Shown: one piece after another, positions 48,587 through 58,443 of the stretch
Layout of the letters: the number at the start of each line of letters is the position of its first letter
Numbering within the stretch: the stretch's first letter is position 1
NCBI GenBank assembly: GCA_963675595.2
Contig: CAXXLZ010000002.1
Coordinates: 4,666,253-4,730,252 of the forward strand
Direction of reading: 5' to 3'
Source: Thermodesulfobacteriota bacterium
Lineage (GTDB): Bacteria > Desulfobacterota > Desulfarculia > JACQYL01
DNA: 64,000 nucleotides
Notes under the pieces: generated by a model
Seen by the model: the letters and a program-made list of their open reading frames with translations, nothing else
Database searches by the model: none
What the model was told of the DNA's origin: nothing
Translations under genes and position numbers: made by a program

Positions 48587-49597
48587 ATGCGCGGTGACCA
48601 GCTGGCCAGACAATGGAGAATTCTACGGGCGATCGAAGCGGATAAGAACGGTTTGACCATCGCCGAGATCGCCGGGCAGGAGGAGATATCCCTGCGCACC
48701 GCCTACCGGGATATCGAAGCGCTGCAGGCTGCGGGATTTCCTTTATATTATGAAAGGTTCGAGGGTTCCAATCGATGGTTTTTCGTCGATAATTACAAAT
48801 TCAAGGTACCCCAGCCCTTTACCGTGACCGAATTGATGTCTCTTCACCTGTACTCTGACCTGGTGCGAGTATTCCAAGGGACACCATTCTATGAGGCACT
48901 GGAGTCGCTCTTCAAGAAGGTGCGAGTCACCCTGCCGCCCCAAGCACTCAACTATTTGAACACCATCCAATCCACCTTCCAAGTGGGAATCAAACCCTTC
49001 AAGGAATACGGCAGGTTTCGTGAGATTCTCAGCCAGGTAAATCGGGCCGCCCTTGAGTCTCTGCGTTTGGAGATCGCCTACAAGTCGCTGACCAGTGAAA
49101 CGGAAACCCTACGAAAAGTCGATCCCTACAAAGTCTGGTTTTTCGATGGGACTTTTTACTTGATCGGGCATTGTCATGTACGAGAGGAGGTCCGAACCTT
49201 CGTGCTCGACCGAATCCGAATGCTTCGGTTGACCGAGGAACACTTTGAAATTCCTCCGGACTTCAGTCTGGAGGATTACATGAAGCACAGCTTCAAAGTG
49301 ATGCAGGGAGACCTTTACACGGTCCGGATCAGGATATCCGCCGAATGGGCCCGGTACATCGGCGAGAAGATTTGGCATGAAAGCCAGAAAGCGGAAAGAC
49401 TGCCCGACGGACGTCTCGACTTGACCTTCCAGGTGGCCGGTCTCGAGGAGATCAAACAGTGGGTCCTGAGCCTGGGGCCACAAGCAGTGGTGATGGAACC
49501 CACGGAATTGATCGAGCTGGTTTTGGCCGATCTGTCCTCGGTTCGGATGCAATACGACACTGAGACTGCAATCCCTCAACGAATGAGAGAGCGCTGA
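48587..49597 (+). CDS. WYL-domain transcriptional regulator 2 (PafB/C-like)
   Basis: RTAYRDIEAL HTH, RKVDPY...FYLIGHC...RTFVLDRI and WVLSLG. Confidence 0.93.
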   Translation: MRGDQLARQWRILRAIEADKNGLTIAEIAGQEEISLRTAYRDIEALQAAGFPLYYERFEGSNRWFFVDNYKFKVPQPFTVTELMSLHLYSDLVRVFQGTPFYEALESLFKKVRVTLPPQALNYLNTIQSTFQVGIKPFKEYGRFREILSQVNRAALESLRLEIAYKSLTSETETLRKVDPYKVWFFDGTFYLIGHCHVREEVRTFVLDRIRMLRLTEEHFEIPPDFSLEDYMKHSFKVMQGDLYTVRIRISAEWARYIGEKIWHESQKAERLPDGRLDLTFQVAGLEEIKQWVLSLGPQAVVMEPTELIELVLADLSSVRMQYDTETAIPQRMRER

Positions 49598-49671
49598 AAG
49601 CCACTATTTCAAACTTGATCCCTTTGGAGATACCAATTTTTGTGGAATATTAACAGTCGGAGTCTGATCAC

Positions 49672-50715
49672 ATGAATAAATCCAATGTGCTTACCATGGA
49701 TCAAATTAGACATGAAGTAGCAGAATGCGCCAAATGTAAGAATTATGTTGATGACATCATCCTTACGCGTAGGTTTGGAACTGTCAGCAGACCTGATCAA
49801 GACATCTTTTTGATAGGTGAGCGGCCTGGGCAAGCAGCGGGGGAAAGCCTTGAACTAACTGATGCTGAGTATGAAGAACGCGTAAAAAAGAATTATTATG
49901 GATACTTTCTTGAGAAGCTTGACCTTGATTTTAATAGAGTCTATTTTTCAAATCTTGTAAAGTGTGCTGCAAAAGAAAACCGTAAAAGCACGAGTGAAGA
50001 GACAAGCAATTGTAAAGGCTTCCTTTATCAGCAAATTAAGTTCAAATCACCAAAGGTAATCATTGCCTGTGGGGAACCAACAATCAATGAGTTGACTGGT
50101 AAAAGCATTCGCGTAGGCAAAGACGCAGGCCGTATCATTAATTGGAATGGTATTCCTATGGTTGTAAGCCCAAATCCAACTGGAGCTTATTTTAAGGTGA
50201 ATCAAGGCGACATCATCGAATCTATCCAGTCGTCACTTCAATCTATTATCGGTGGTAATCCTGGTACAAAAAACAAAGTATCCACTGTAACCGGCTATGA
50301 CATTTCAAAACCTACCGGAGAGCCTTCTATAAAAAAGAAAAATATGCCTGTTCCGGCTATGGACAGCAGAATGGATTCATACGACATAGTCGTTAGAAAA
50401 GTAACGGAACATCTCATTAAACTGGGAGCTGTTAGTAAGGGAGTCCAAAAGACCAAGAATGGATGGAAACTGGATGGTGAAGTAGTCAATATTCACCCCA
50501 CTGAAAATCCTGAGTGGTTTCAATTTAATAAACTTAGAAAATTGGAAAAAAAAGGCCTTTTCCATATCGAAACGTTTTGTAAGGATTTTGGCCTATCCGA
50601 ACAAGACTTAAGAACGACTGGGGAAGCCCGTTATGCAATTTGGGTTCATTGCTCGGTCGGGGAACATACTATTATCAGCATAATCAATTGGCTTCAAGAG
50701 CAAGATTTGAGATAG
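49672..50715 (+). CDS. Uracil-DNA glycosylase family 4/5-like domain fused to an unknown C-terminal domain
   Basis: CAKC...IGERPG...SNLVKC...C...PKVIIACG. AT-rich. Confidence 0.75.
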   Translation: MNKSNVLTMDQIRHEVAECAKCKNYVDDIILTRRFGTVSRPDQDIFLIGERPGQAAGESLELTDAEYEERVKKNYYGYFLEKLDLDFNRVYFSNLVKCAAKENRKSTSEETSNCKGFLYQQIKFKSPKVIIACGEPTINELTGKSIRVGKDAGRIINWNGIPMVVSPNPTGAYFKVNQGDIIESIQSSLQSIIGGNPGTKNKVSTVTGYDISKPTGEPSIKKKNMPVPAMDSRMDSYDIVVRKVTEHLIKLGAVSKGVQKTKNGWKLDGEVVNIHPTENPEWFQFNKLRKLEKKGLFHIETFCKDFGLSEQDLRTTGEARYAIWVHCSVGEHTIISIINWLQEQDLR

Positions 50716-50769
50716 GCTCTATATGGCTTATCGGTAACCTTTCAATTTGGCGGCTTAGGGAGAAGATTA

Positions 50770-51195
50770 ATGTATGTGAGAAAGCATGAAATCAAGACGT
50801 TGCCCGAATTAACACCGAAGAGGGACGAAATTTTGCTAAGTTTAATGGAACAAGCCATGCAGGGCAATCTGCCTATCTATTTTGCCGCTGTTCCAACCGC
50901 CCTGATTGTGCCCTTCGACATGGACTATCGTCCTGACTTACATCCGACCGGAAAAGCTGCAATCAAGGACAGCTTCGAGAAAGGCAAGCAAAAAATATTT
51001 CAAAAACTTTTAGTCTATCCCCGCGGAGTATGGTTCGTTGTGTCTGACGACTATATTCCCCTTTTTGCGGCTCTTAACGGTTTGCCCGATTACGTACCTT
51101 GCTTTGTCCTTGGCAAACCGGACAACCCATATCTAACGGATGTACAAGGTCCTATAAAGCAGGAGGACGTTGGCAGGGTGCTTGGTGTCCAGTAG
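50770..51195 (+). CDS. Hypothetical protein
   Basis: 141-aa ORF with a GGGAG RBS. Confidence 0.6.
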   Translation: MYVRKHEIKTLPELTPKRDEILLSLMEQAMQGNLPIYFAAVPTALIVPFDMDYRPDLHPTGKAAIKDSFEKGKQKIFQKLLVYPRGVWFVVSDDYIPLFAALNGLPDYVPCFVLGKPDNPYLTDVQGPIKQEDVGRVLGVQ

Positions 51196-51293
51196 GAGAC
51201 ATCGCAAGCGATCTCATCTCGGAGCCATCAAATCGCAATGCTCACAGACTCGGCATCCTTCAGGGTCATGGTTGAATTCAGGATGCCCTTGAG

Positions 51294-54200
51294 CTAGGGA
51301 CCTACTTCGACCAGAAGACCTGAAATCGGATAATGAATGTAACAGGCAATGTCGGCGTTACCGTTCAGGCTTTGTAGAATGTCCCGATAAGCCTTAAGCT
51401 GGCCGAAGAATTCGGCAGCTTTGATTGCAGCGTCATTCTTGTTGCCGGCAAACGCTTTGTGATCGATCACGGCTATCCTGTTTCCGGCGTTGAGCAGGAG
51501 ATCGCAGAATCCCAATACAACAGTGCCTTCAGGCAGACGTTGGATAAGGGGCCACTCCCTGCGCCATACAGCCTCGGGGTATTCCTGATTGGCCCAGATA
51601 GCCAGGTTGTCTGCGGATTCGACAATATCCGAGCCGGTTACAGCACCGGTGACTTGCAGACGCTTTATGATTCCCTCAGCCAGGGCCATTCGCTGCCTCA
51701 ATTCATATTGCGGACGATCGGCGGCAAAGAAGTAGTGAAAGGCGTTCCCGACCGATTCCATGTCCGGATTTCCTGAAGTGGGAATTCTACGACCGATCTG
51801 AATCAGTTGACCCGCTTTGCCTTGGGCGTCCATGGATGACGGGCTGAGCCTTGAGGGAAACTGAGTCCGAATTCTCTTGGGAATCGGGTAATCTCCTCCT
51901 TGAGCAATTGATCGGGTTTCAGGTTCAACAGGATCAAGCATGCGGGTACGTATTTCCAGTTCCTGTCCGGCCCACACGGCCTTGCCGTCTTTGGGCTCTG
52001 AAAGCAGCCACGTGCCCTTTTCGTCGGTCAACAGCCCAAGGATACCTTCCCTGAAGTGCTCATTACGTCCCGCCAGGATCAAACGATCCCTTCCACGGGT
52101 CCACGCCACATAAAGGAGCCGAAGTTCCTGCCTCTGGTGACTGTCTATGATTCCCGGCATTGAAGCATCTTCTTCCATTCGGCAGTTAAAGGGCGTCTCC
52201 TTGTTTTTTGGATGGTAAGGAAACAACCAGTAACGAAGCCAACGATCAGCCAATGGATTGTTGATGTCGAATTTCGTCCAGTCGCTTATGACCTTTACTC
52301 CGAGAGGGTCCGGCTCGAACTTCTTTCCGATTTGAGTCAGAATTGTAACCGGCCATTCCAAACCCTTGGCGCTGTGCAGGGTCACCACGTTAACCGCGTC
52401 CTCAACGACCAGCTGTGCCTGCGAATCTTCTTCGTTGGCAGCCAGTTCATTGAGATACCCGAGCAGTCCCGCAGGCGTGCAACCGATCCCCTCGGCGGCC
52501 GAATAGGCGATGTAGCTTCGGGCATGGGCCGATAGCGCATCCAGATTTGCCAGCCTTTTGGGCGCATCACCCCAAGCGAGACATAGTTCACGAATATCGA
52601 TGATCCTGTAGACGGCATCGAGTACCTGAAGAACGCCGCTATCGGGTTTCTCCCGGGCGGAATCCACAATTTTCCCGGCTTCGGGCAGCTGCCCAAATGC
52701 CTCTGCTCCCGGCTTTTCGAGCAACTGCTTCAACCACTCATCGGATTTATCCGGGTAGTGAATGATCCGCGCCAATTCGGCGGCTGCAAGGGTATCCTTC
52801 GGATCGACCCACAACCGCAGACCCGTTTGCACGGTCATCGCTTCCGGCGTTTTCATGAGTCCCGCTTTGGGAAGCACCGCCCGGATGTTAATGGATTCGA
52901 GCGCTTCGGCCATTTTTGCGCAAGCGTCGTTGGTTCGGCAGAGGATGCCGATATCTCCGTGCCTTATCCGTCTTGTTTTCCCTTCTTTTTTGTCTCTGAC
53001 CTTTACTTCATCGTCGCGGAGAAGATCACGAACTCCGCCTGCAACGGCCGATGCGTCCTCAGACTGATTCTTTGAGGCGGTTTCCCACCATTCGATACAA
53101 GGACCCAACTCAGGATCATCCGATTCCAAGGCGGGCTCCAACATTACCCGTTCTTCAGGGATGCCGTGTGATGCAAAGGCACGGGCAAAAACCGCCGAAC
53201 TGATGAGTACAAGGGGCGGTCGGCTTCGCCATGACTTGTTCAAGGTTTCCGGAGCATGATCCTGAAAGATGTGCTGAATACACGAATCCATCAGGGCCGG
53301 ATCCGTCCCGCGAAAACCATAGACCGACTGCTTCTGGTCTCCGACCCAGATCGTCTTCTTGGCCAGTGACGCCAAACGTAGAAGGATAGCCAACTGGATT
53401 GGACTTGTATCCTGAAACTCATCCACGAGAAGCAAATCTATGGCGTCGCTCAACCGGTCCACGACTTCCTTTTCGTGGAGAAGCTCAAGTGCCAGAACTT
53501 CCTGATCGGAGAAATCCATGACACCCCAAAGTCGTTTATGCTCCTGATAGGATTTGAGGGCGGCGATGCCCGTGTCGAAAACGAGCTCGACGGCGTCGGT
53601 CAGATCCTTCCTGAGATTTGGGTGGTTGTCGTGAAGCGCCGCCACCTGTCGAAGTTGCTCCGCATGAACCACTGATTTCTTGCCTACCTTAATGCGATCC
53701 AATCGCAACCAGTCGCTCCAGGGGAGAGGCCGTCCCTCGCGAAGCCTGCTCAAACAGGCCTCAGCCTTCTGAACCGCCCCTGCGGTACCACCGGTCTGGT
53801 CTTCCTCCAAGTCGACACTGCGGATGAAATCAGAAAGAGCCGTCTGGAGTTCGCCGTCAAGATCTCGGTCGGGACCCAAGGGCTTGCCGATCAATTGGCT
53901 TATGCTTCTGATGCTTTTCTGCTTGGATGCTTTTAGGTCGGTTTCCTTCAGTCCGTTGTACCCGGCGAATTGAATCAGAGACTCCACAACGCCGGTCCAC
54001 TCAAAGGCTTCGAGTCTGCTGGAGAGTTCCGTCATGCGGGCCGAAACACCGCCTTTTACAACAGAGGAAAGAGCGCGCCTGAGCTCCCGGCTTGCGGCCT
54101 TTTCGTCCAAGACAACGGTCTCGGCAAAGAGCCCTTTCTCAAAGACGAAATTCATCACCAGTCCGCTGCAGACGGCGTTGACCGTTCCCATGCGTGCGGC

Positions 54201-54413
54201 CCCCAATCGGTTGGCCTCCACTATGAGCCCTTCTCGGATAAGCCTACGGCGCACGCGTTCCTGTAGTTCGGCTGCCGCCTTCTTCGTAAAGGTCGTGGCA
54301 ATCACCGCTTCCGGCCGCACGCTCCCGGAAGCAATGCTTTGATGAAGAAGCGTTGCCAGGCGATAGGTCTTGCCGCTGCCCGCACTGGCGGTGATGATAT
54401 GGATGTTGGTCAT
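51294..54413 (-). CDS. AddA-like UvrD/SF1A helicase-nuclease
   Basis: ASAGSGKT, TFTKKAA, VDEFQD, VGDQKQS, TLHSAKGLE and YVAWTR. C-terminal DLL...IDHK...QLKAY nuclease. Confidence 0.9.
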   Translation of the reverse strand: MTNIHIITASAGSGKTYRLATLLHQSIASGSVRPEAVIATTFTKKAAAELQERVRRRLIREGLIVEANRLGAARMGTVNAVCSGLVMNFVFEKGLFAETVVLDEKAASRELRRALSSVVKGGVSARMTELSSRLEAFEWTGVVESLIQFAGYNGLKETDLKASKQKSIRSISQLIGKPLGPDRDLDGELQTALSDFIRSVDLEEDQTGGTAGAVQKAEACLSRLREGRPLPWSDWLRLDRIKVGKKSVVHAEQLRQVAALHDNHPNLRKDLTDAVELVFDTGIAALKSYQEHKRLWGVMDFSDQEVLALELLHEKEVVDRLSDAIDLLLVDEFQDTSPIQLAILLRLASLAKKTIWVGDQKQSVYGFRGTDPALMDSCIQHIFQDHAPETLNKSWRSRPPLVLISSAVFARAFASHGIPEERVMLEPALESDDPELGPCIEWWETASKNQSEDASAVAGGVRDLLRDDEVKVRDKKEGKTRRIRHGDIGILCRTNDACAKMAEALESINIRAVLPKAGLMKTPEAMTVQTGLRLWVDPKDTLAAAELARIIHYPDKSDEWLKQLLEKPGAEAFGQLPEAGKIVDSAREKPDSGVLQVLDAVYRIIDIRELCLAWGDAPKRLANLDALSAHARSYIAYSAAEGIGCTPAGLLGYLNELAANEEDSQAQLVVEDAVNVVTLHSAKGLEWPVTILTQIGKKFEPDPLGVKVISDWTKFDINNPLADRWLRYWLFPYHPKNKETPFNCRMEEDASMPGIIDSHQRQELRLLYVAWTRGRDRLILAGRNEHFREGILGLLTDEKGTWLLSEPKDGKAVWAGQELEIRTRMLDPVEPETRSIAQGGDYPIPKRIRTQFPSRLSPSSMDAQGKAGQLIQIGRRIPTSGNPDMESVGNAFHYFFAADRPQYELRQRMALAEGIIKRLQVTGAVTGSDIVESADNLAIWANQEYPEAVWRREWPLIQRLPEGTVVLGFCDLLLNAGNRIAVIDHKAFAGNKNDAAIKAAEFFGQLKAYRDILQSLNGNADIACYIHYPISGLLVEVGP

Positions 54414-54483
54414 GATCATCAGTACCTTATAAACGGTTCGCTCTTTGACGCTTAGCCGGGAAAGGAAGAAATTCTCACCAGCA

Positions 54484-57057
54484 CTATTCGCTGAAGGCCC
54501 GACCACAAAGAATCGTGAAATCGCAGAATTCGCAGGGTTTCAGAAAAAGTCGTCCATCGTCGAGTTGACTCTTTGGAGGGCCGTCGGGATCGTTCCCCGG
54601 AGCCCATACTTTTCCAGCCGTCATTTCATCCCAAATCCGATTAAAGGACTCCTGAGCACCCTTCCAAGTCTCCTCGGGTGAAGGACCTCCAATGATCCGT
54701 GCGTCCGGAAAGGTCTTGGGGTCCACCGTGATCACCTGACCCGATTTGAGCATCAAATAGGCAACAGGCGGAAAGACTGTATTTTCGTTCTTCCGAATCA
54801 AGTGACCGTATACGGCTAATTGGAGGCTTGTGCCGCCTGCCAGCTCTTCCTTGCGATAATTGAATCCGCCTCGCTTGAAATCGACGATTGCGTCCGGGTT
54901 CTTCAGTACCAAGTCGGGTCGGCCTTCAATCTCTATTCCCAGGGAACGGGATTTCGTCGCGTAGGTCTGTTCCACGGCTCGTACGGTGAATCTTCCTTCC
55001 TTGATCAAACGAAATACTCGATGAGCGGCTGTGCGGAGAGCCATTTTCACCTCCGCTCGAATATCTTCATAGCCGGGCAAGAAGAGTTGAGCGGCCATGA
55101 GCGGTCCTTCCGAACCAAAACGCAGGGTTGCATCATCGGCAGCTTCTTTGGGGGTTTGGCCGGGATTGGAAAGGACGCGGGTGAGTATCTCATGTATGAG
55201 CCGGCCTTGCAATTTTTCGGGCGAATCCAAAGTGGCCGTGGCCCCGCCATATAGGTTGCCCAAATAGCGAACGACCCAACTGAACGGGCAGGAAATCAGA
55301 CTCGAAAGACTGTTGGGTGACTCCTTCGGTCTCTTGGCCACGGCACCCGCAATAACGCCCCATTCAAATACGGGCTCGGGAAGGCTCCTGATCGGCCGAA
55401 TCGTCCTGGTAAGCCCGTTATGGGAAATCAGGAATTCACGCTCCAATTCCTTCAAACCCGTGGATTCCTCGACCCGACCGGCAAGCTCGTCCCACAATGG
55501 GTGCGGATATTGCTCTTCACCGTCGGGGCCTTGCCGAGCACAGACGAGAATCAGATTTGAACCCGCCATCATGAGAGGCCGTTGCCATCTCTCCGCGGCC
55601 CACACGGCTTCATCACCCGGGCGAGGGAGTACAACACCTACTTGCTCAAGCCCTGAACGTTCCTTGGCGGTAAGCATGTCGGAAGCTATGACCGGCGCGG
55701 CGCCCCGATTGAACGACCACCAAATCACATTCTGCGCTTTTTCAGCGATGCACTCCGGCGCCCCAACGGTTTCCAAACCTGCTTGGGCCTCGTAAAGAGG
55801 AAAAGAGCCCGCCGCCTCGTTGATCTCATAAAGCATTCGGCGTATCTGTGGAGCAGTGAAGTGAGAAAGGCCCGATAGCTCGGCAATGCGCATGCAGTTC
55901 TCCAACTGAGCGATCAGAGCCTGCCATGCACGTTCCGACGCATCCTCCCCCATCCTGCCTTTGGCCCAGGATCGGAGAAGATCGATCCGAGCCTTGATCT
56001 CGGTCACCGGATAATTCCGGCTTTGGATGCGCTTCGCAAATATGGCATCCATTCGGTCTTTCAAGCGTTTCCGATCTTTCTTGTCTGAGAACTCGCTCAG
56101 ACCTTCTTCCAGTGCTTCATTCCAGGCATCCGATCCCACCGCGGGATAATCCTGCAGCGCATGAGCCAACCTGCGACCGATCCCTTTGGGAACGGGGCTG
56201 TTGGGCAACATCAGGAGTTCGAGAGCCCGCTGAGGATCGGGCGGATCCCAGGCCATGGCCAGAGTCAGGGGAAGAATCTGAAGCAAGGCATGATCGGATG
56301 CTGGAATGCCTGCGCCCGTTGTGGGCAGATCAAATCGATGGAGCGCCTCGTCGAGCACGCTGTCGGGGCCGATAATGACTGTGCGTTCCAGTGACTCAAG
56401 ATTGGAGAGCCAAGCGGCTAGTTCGTGGGCGGCCATGCTGTGCGTGGCGGGCCGCAACAACTGAAGGGATCCGTCCCCTGTGGGTTTGAAGGGTGCTGTT
56501 CTGCATGCGCCTAAGTCGCACTTTGGTGAGGCCGGTTCCAAGGTTTTCTCGATGACTTTGGTCCCCATCCGCTCAAGAGCCTGCACAGCTGTCCGCAATG
56601 CGGGATTCAGACGACCAACCGGAACCAGAAGAGTGAGTTCCTCAATCACATTGGCGGCATCCTGCATGGTTCCGGCTACTTCAAGAAACCGATCGGGAAA
56701 ACCGGGCGAGGCCTTGGAGGTAACCTCCGCCAATTGCTCCAGCCGCAGGCTGACCGGTTGGCCGCGCCAACCTTGTGTCCACAGAAAATCACGCCACTTC
56801 AAAAGTCTCCTTGCCGTTCCGAAAGGGTCCACCTGAGCGGAGTTCTCCCAGAATCCCTTAACTCTTCGGACTTGCGAAACCAATTCGGCAGCCCTGACTG
56901 CGGGAGGCAGGGTGGGGCCGGCCAGACCGGTCATGGTCTCAAGGATGCTCAAAAGGCCGGAGGGCCCTAACCAGATTTCACCGGATGCGGCGTGGCCTTG
57001 TGCGATTGGGACGGGCCAAAAACCTTGATCAAAAGCAGGGTCGAAGGTGATTCTCAT
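54484..57057 (-). CDS. AddB-like PD-(D/E)XK nuclease with Fe-S cysteines
   Basis: SCPF...GRPDL...VDFK...QLAVY...CEFCDFTILC. Confidence 0.85.
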   Translation of the reverse strand: MRITFDPAFDQGFWPVPIAQGHAASGEIWLGPSGLLSILETMTGLAGPTLPPAVRAAELVSQVRRVKGFWENSAQVDPFGTARRLLKWRDFLWTQGWRGQPVSLRLEQLAEVTSKASPGFPDRFLEVAGTMQDAANVIEELTLLVPVGRLNPALRTAVQALERMGTKVIEKTLEPASPKCDLGACRTAPFKPTGDGSLQLLRPATHSMAAHELAAWLSNLESLERTVIIGPDSVLDEALHRFDLPTTGAGIPASDHALLQILPLTLAMAWDPPDPQRALELLMLPNSPVPKGIGRRLAHALQDYPAVGSDAWNEALEEGLSEFSDKKDRKRLKDRMDAIFAKRIQSRNYPVTEIKARIDLLRSWAKGRMGEDASERAWQALIAQLENCMRIAELSGLSHFTAPQIRRMLYEINEAAGSFPLYEAQAGLETVGAPECIAEKAQNVIWWSFNRGAAPVIASDMLTAKERSGLEQVGVVLPRPGDEAVWAAERWQRPLMMAGSNLILVCARQGPDGEEQYPHPLWDELAGRVEESTGLKELEREFLISHNGLTRTIRPIRSLPEPVFEWGVIAGAVAKRPKESPNSLSSLISCPFSWVVRYLGNLYGGATATLDSPEKLQGRLIHEILTRVLSNPGQTPKEAADDATLRFGSEGPLMAAQLFLPGYEDIRAEVKMALRTAAHRVFRLIKEGRFTVRAVEQTYATKSRSLGIEIEGRPDLVLKNPDAIVDFKRGGFNYRKEELAGGTSLQLAVYGHLIRKNENTVFPPVAYLMLKSGQVITVDPKTFPDARIIGGPSPEETWKGAQESFNRIWDEMTAGKVWAPGNDPDGPPKSQLDDGRLFLKPCEFCDFTILCGRAFSE

Positions 57058-58045
57058 ATCGCGCCTCAGCAGCAGGTGATGGTCTTCTTGCATAGATGAT
57101 ATATATGTTGAGCTACTTTTAGTAGTTATTGCTTTAGCATTCCAATGTAATTATTTTGTAGGAAGAGGGGCGATTCGTATATTCAAGGTATATTTTCCAA
57201 AGTTCCTGTAAATATAATGGATATATCATATAGAGTATCTCTATCTTTTATACGATATGAGATACTCATTGATTTCTATACGTTCTTCGCCATAGGCGGA
57301 CAGCACTAAAATTAGTGAAACTAATGATATAAAAGGCTTTAGGTTAAATACCATCTTCCCGTCTCGCTTTACCTACTGCAGTCTTGCATCTTAGGATTGG
57401 GAATGGGCGGAACAGCAAAATTGAAGCTGTTCAATCACGGCACACGACGCCGAAGATGATACGGCGTCCATAGGTGCGTTTTGAATATAGGCCCCCCCCG
57501 GGGGCTCCTTTGGGGGGTGGGGTGACACTATACCCCCCCTTGCCTCGTTTAGCACTTCATAATCCACATCTGTCAAACCATCGCTTTCATGGCGAGCCCT
57601 GTTCGTTCGATGGGATTGAGGTCCGGTGAGTAGGGGGTAAAAAGAAAGGCTCCCATCCACGCCGCTGGATGGACCGTTTTCGATGCCGCTCGGCGTTGTC
57701 CGGAACCTGAACCTCGAAAAGCTTATCCAAGACCTGTCGGAAACCTGTGGAGTTGAGGCTTCCGAAATCCGGGGGCCACAAGGAAGTGCTTGGGGCACGC
57801 ACCCTTTGCCCTGGGGCCAAGTTTGATTTGGATGCGTTTCGGTTGGGTCCGGGGTCGGCCCTGGACCTTTTGCATAGTCCGAGAAGAAGCGCCGCCGCCG
57901 CTTTCGAGTCCGAAGACCTACTTGCCGCGGCGGGCTTGGGGGTTATTTGTCCGGCCACGGGCCGGCGCAGGTGTGAGGGTCTGGTCAACACCTGTGCACA
58001 GGAGCGCAATCCTTGAACGGCGCTCTTCGGGCGAAGGGTGGTGAA

Positions 58046-58170
58046 CTCAGCAGACGCGCGCCGAGGTTGTTGTTGCGGTTGTCCGGCGTGTTGTTGTTCC
58101 GATTCGCCGAACGGCAGTTCTTCGCGTTGTTGTTCCAGCTGCCGCCGCGTTTCACCCGGAGCGAGCCTGA
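58046..58170 (-). repeat. DGR template repeat (TR)
   Basis: 125 bp, AAC-rich, ungapped match to the VR. 20 of 22 mismatches fall at TR adenines. Confidence 0.93.
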
Positions 58171-58337
58171 TCGTCCCTCACACCAAATCCTTGCCGTAAA
58201 AGAAATCCTGTCTCATCCTCCAACGGAGCGTGAAAATTCGTATGTGCATGGATTCACGAATTCGGTTGTAAATTCAGCCTCGCTTCGCTCTGCTTTCTCT
58301 TCCCCCTATCCTCACACCGGGGACGGCTGCCCGTTCC

Positions 58338-58408
58338 GGGCCGGGTTCTTCACTCATGGGCTTCGCCGCATGAGCAGGCTCCGCCCTCTTCGCTTCGAAC
58401 CCAGGCCC
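58338..58408 (-). other. Hairpin/cruciform downstream of the DGR VR
   Basis: CTCATG-C-GGC-GAA-GCC-CATGAG inside an outer GGGCCTGGGTTC/GAACCCGGCCC stem, between the target stop codon and the TR. Confidence 0.55.
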
Positions 58409-58443
58409 TCCCCGGCAAGGAAAACCGCAAAGGGTAAAAGGGA

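Noticed and set aside
57391-58009. ORFs downstream of the TR as a DGR reverse transcriptase
   Set aside because: They are short and lack RT motifs (no YxDD or G(L/I)PxG-like motif).
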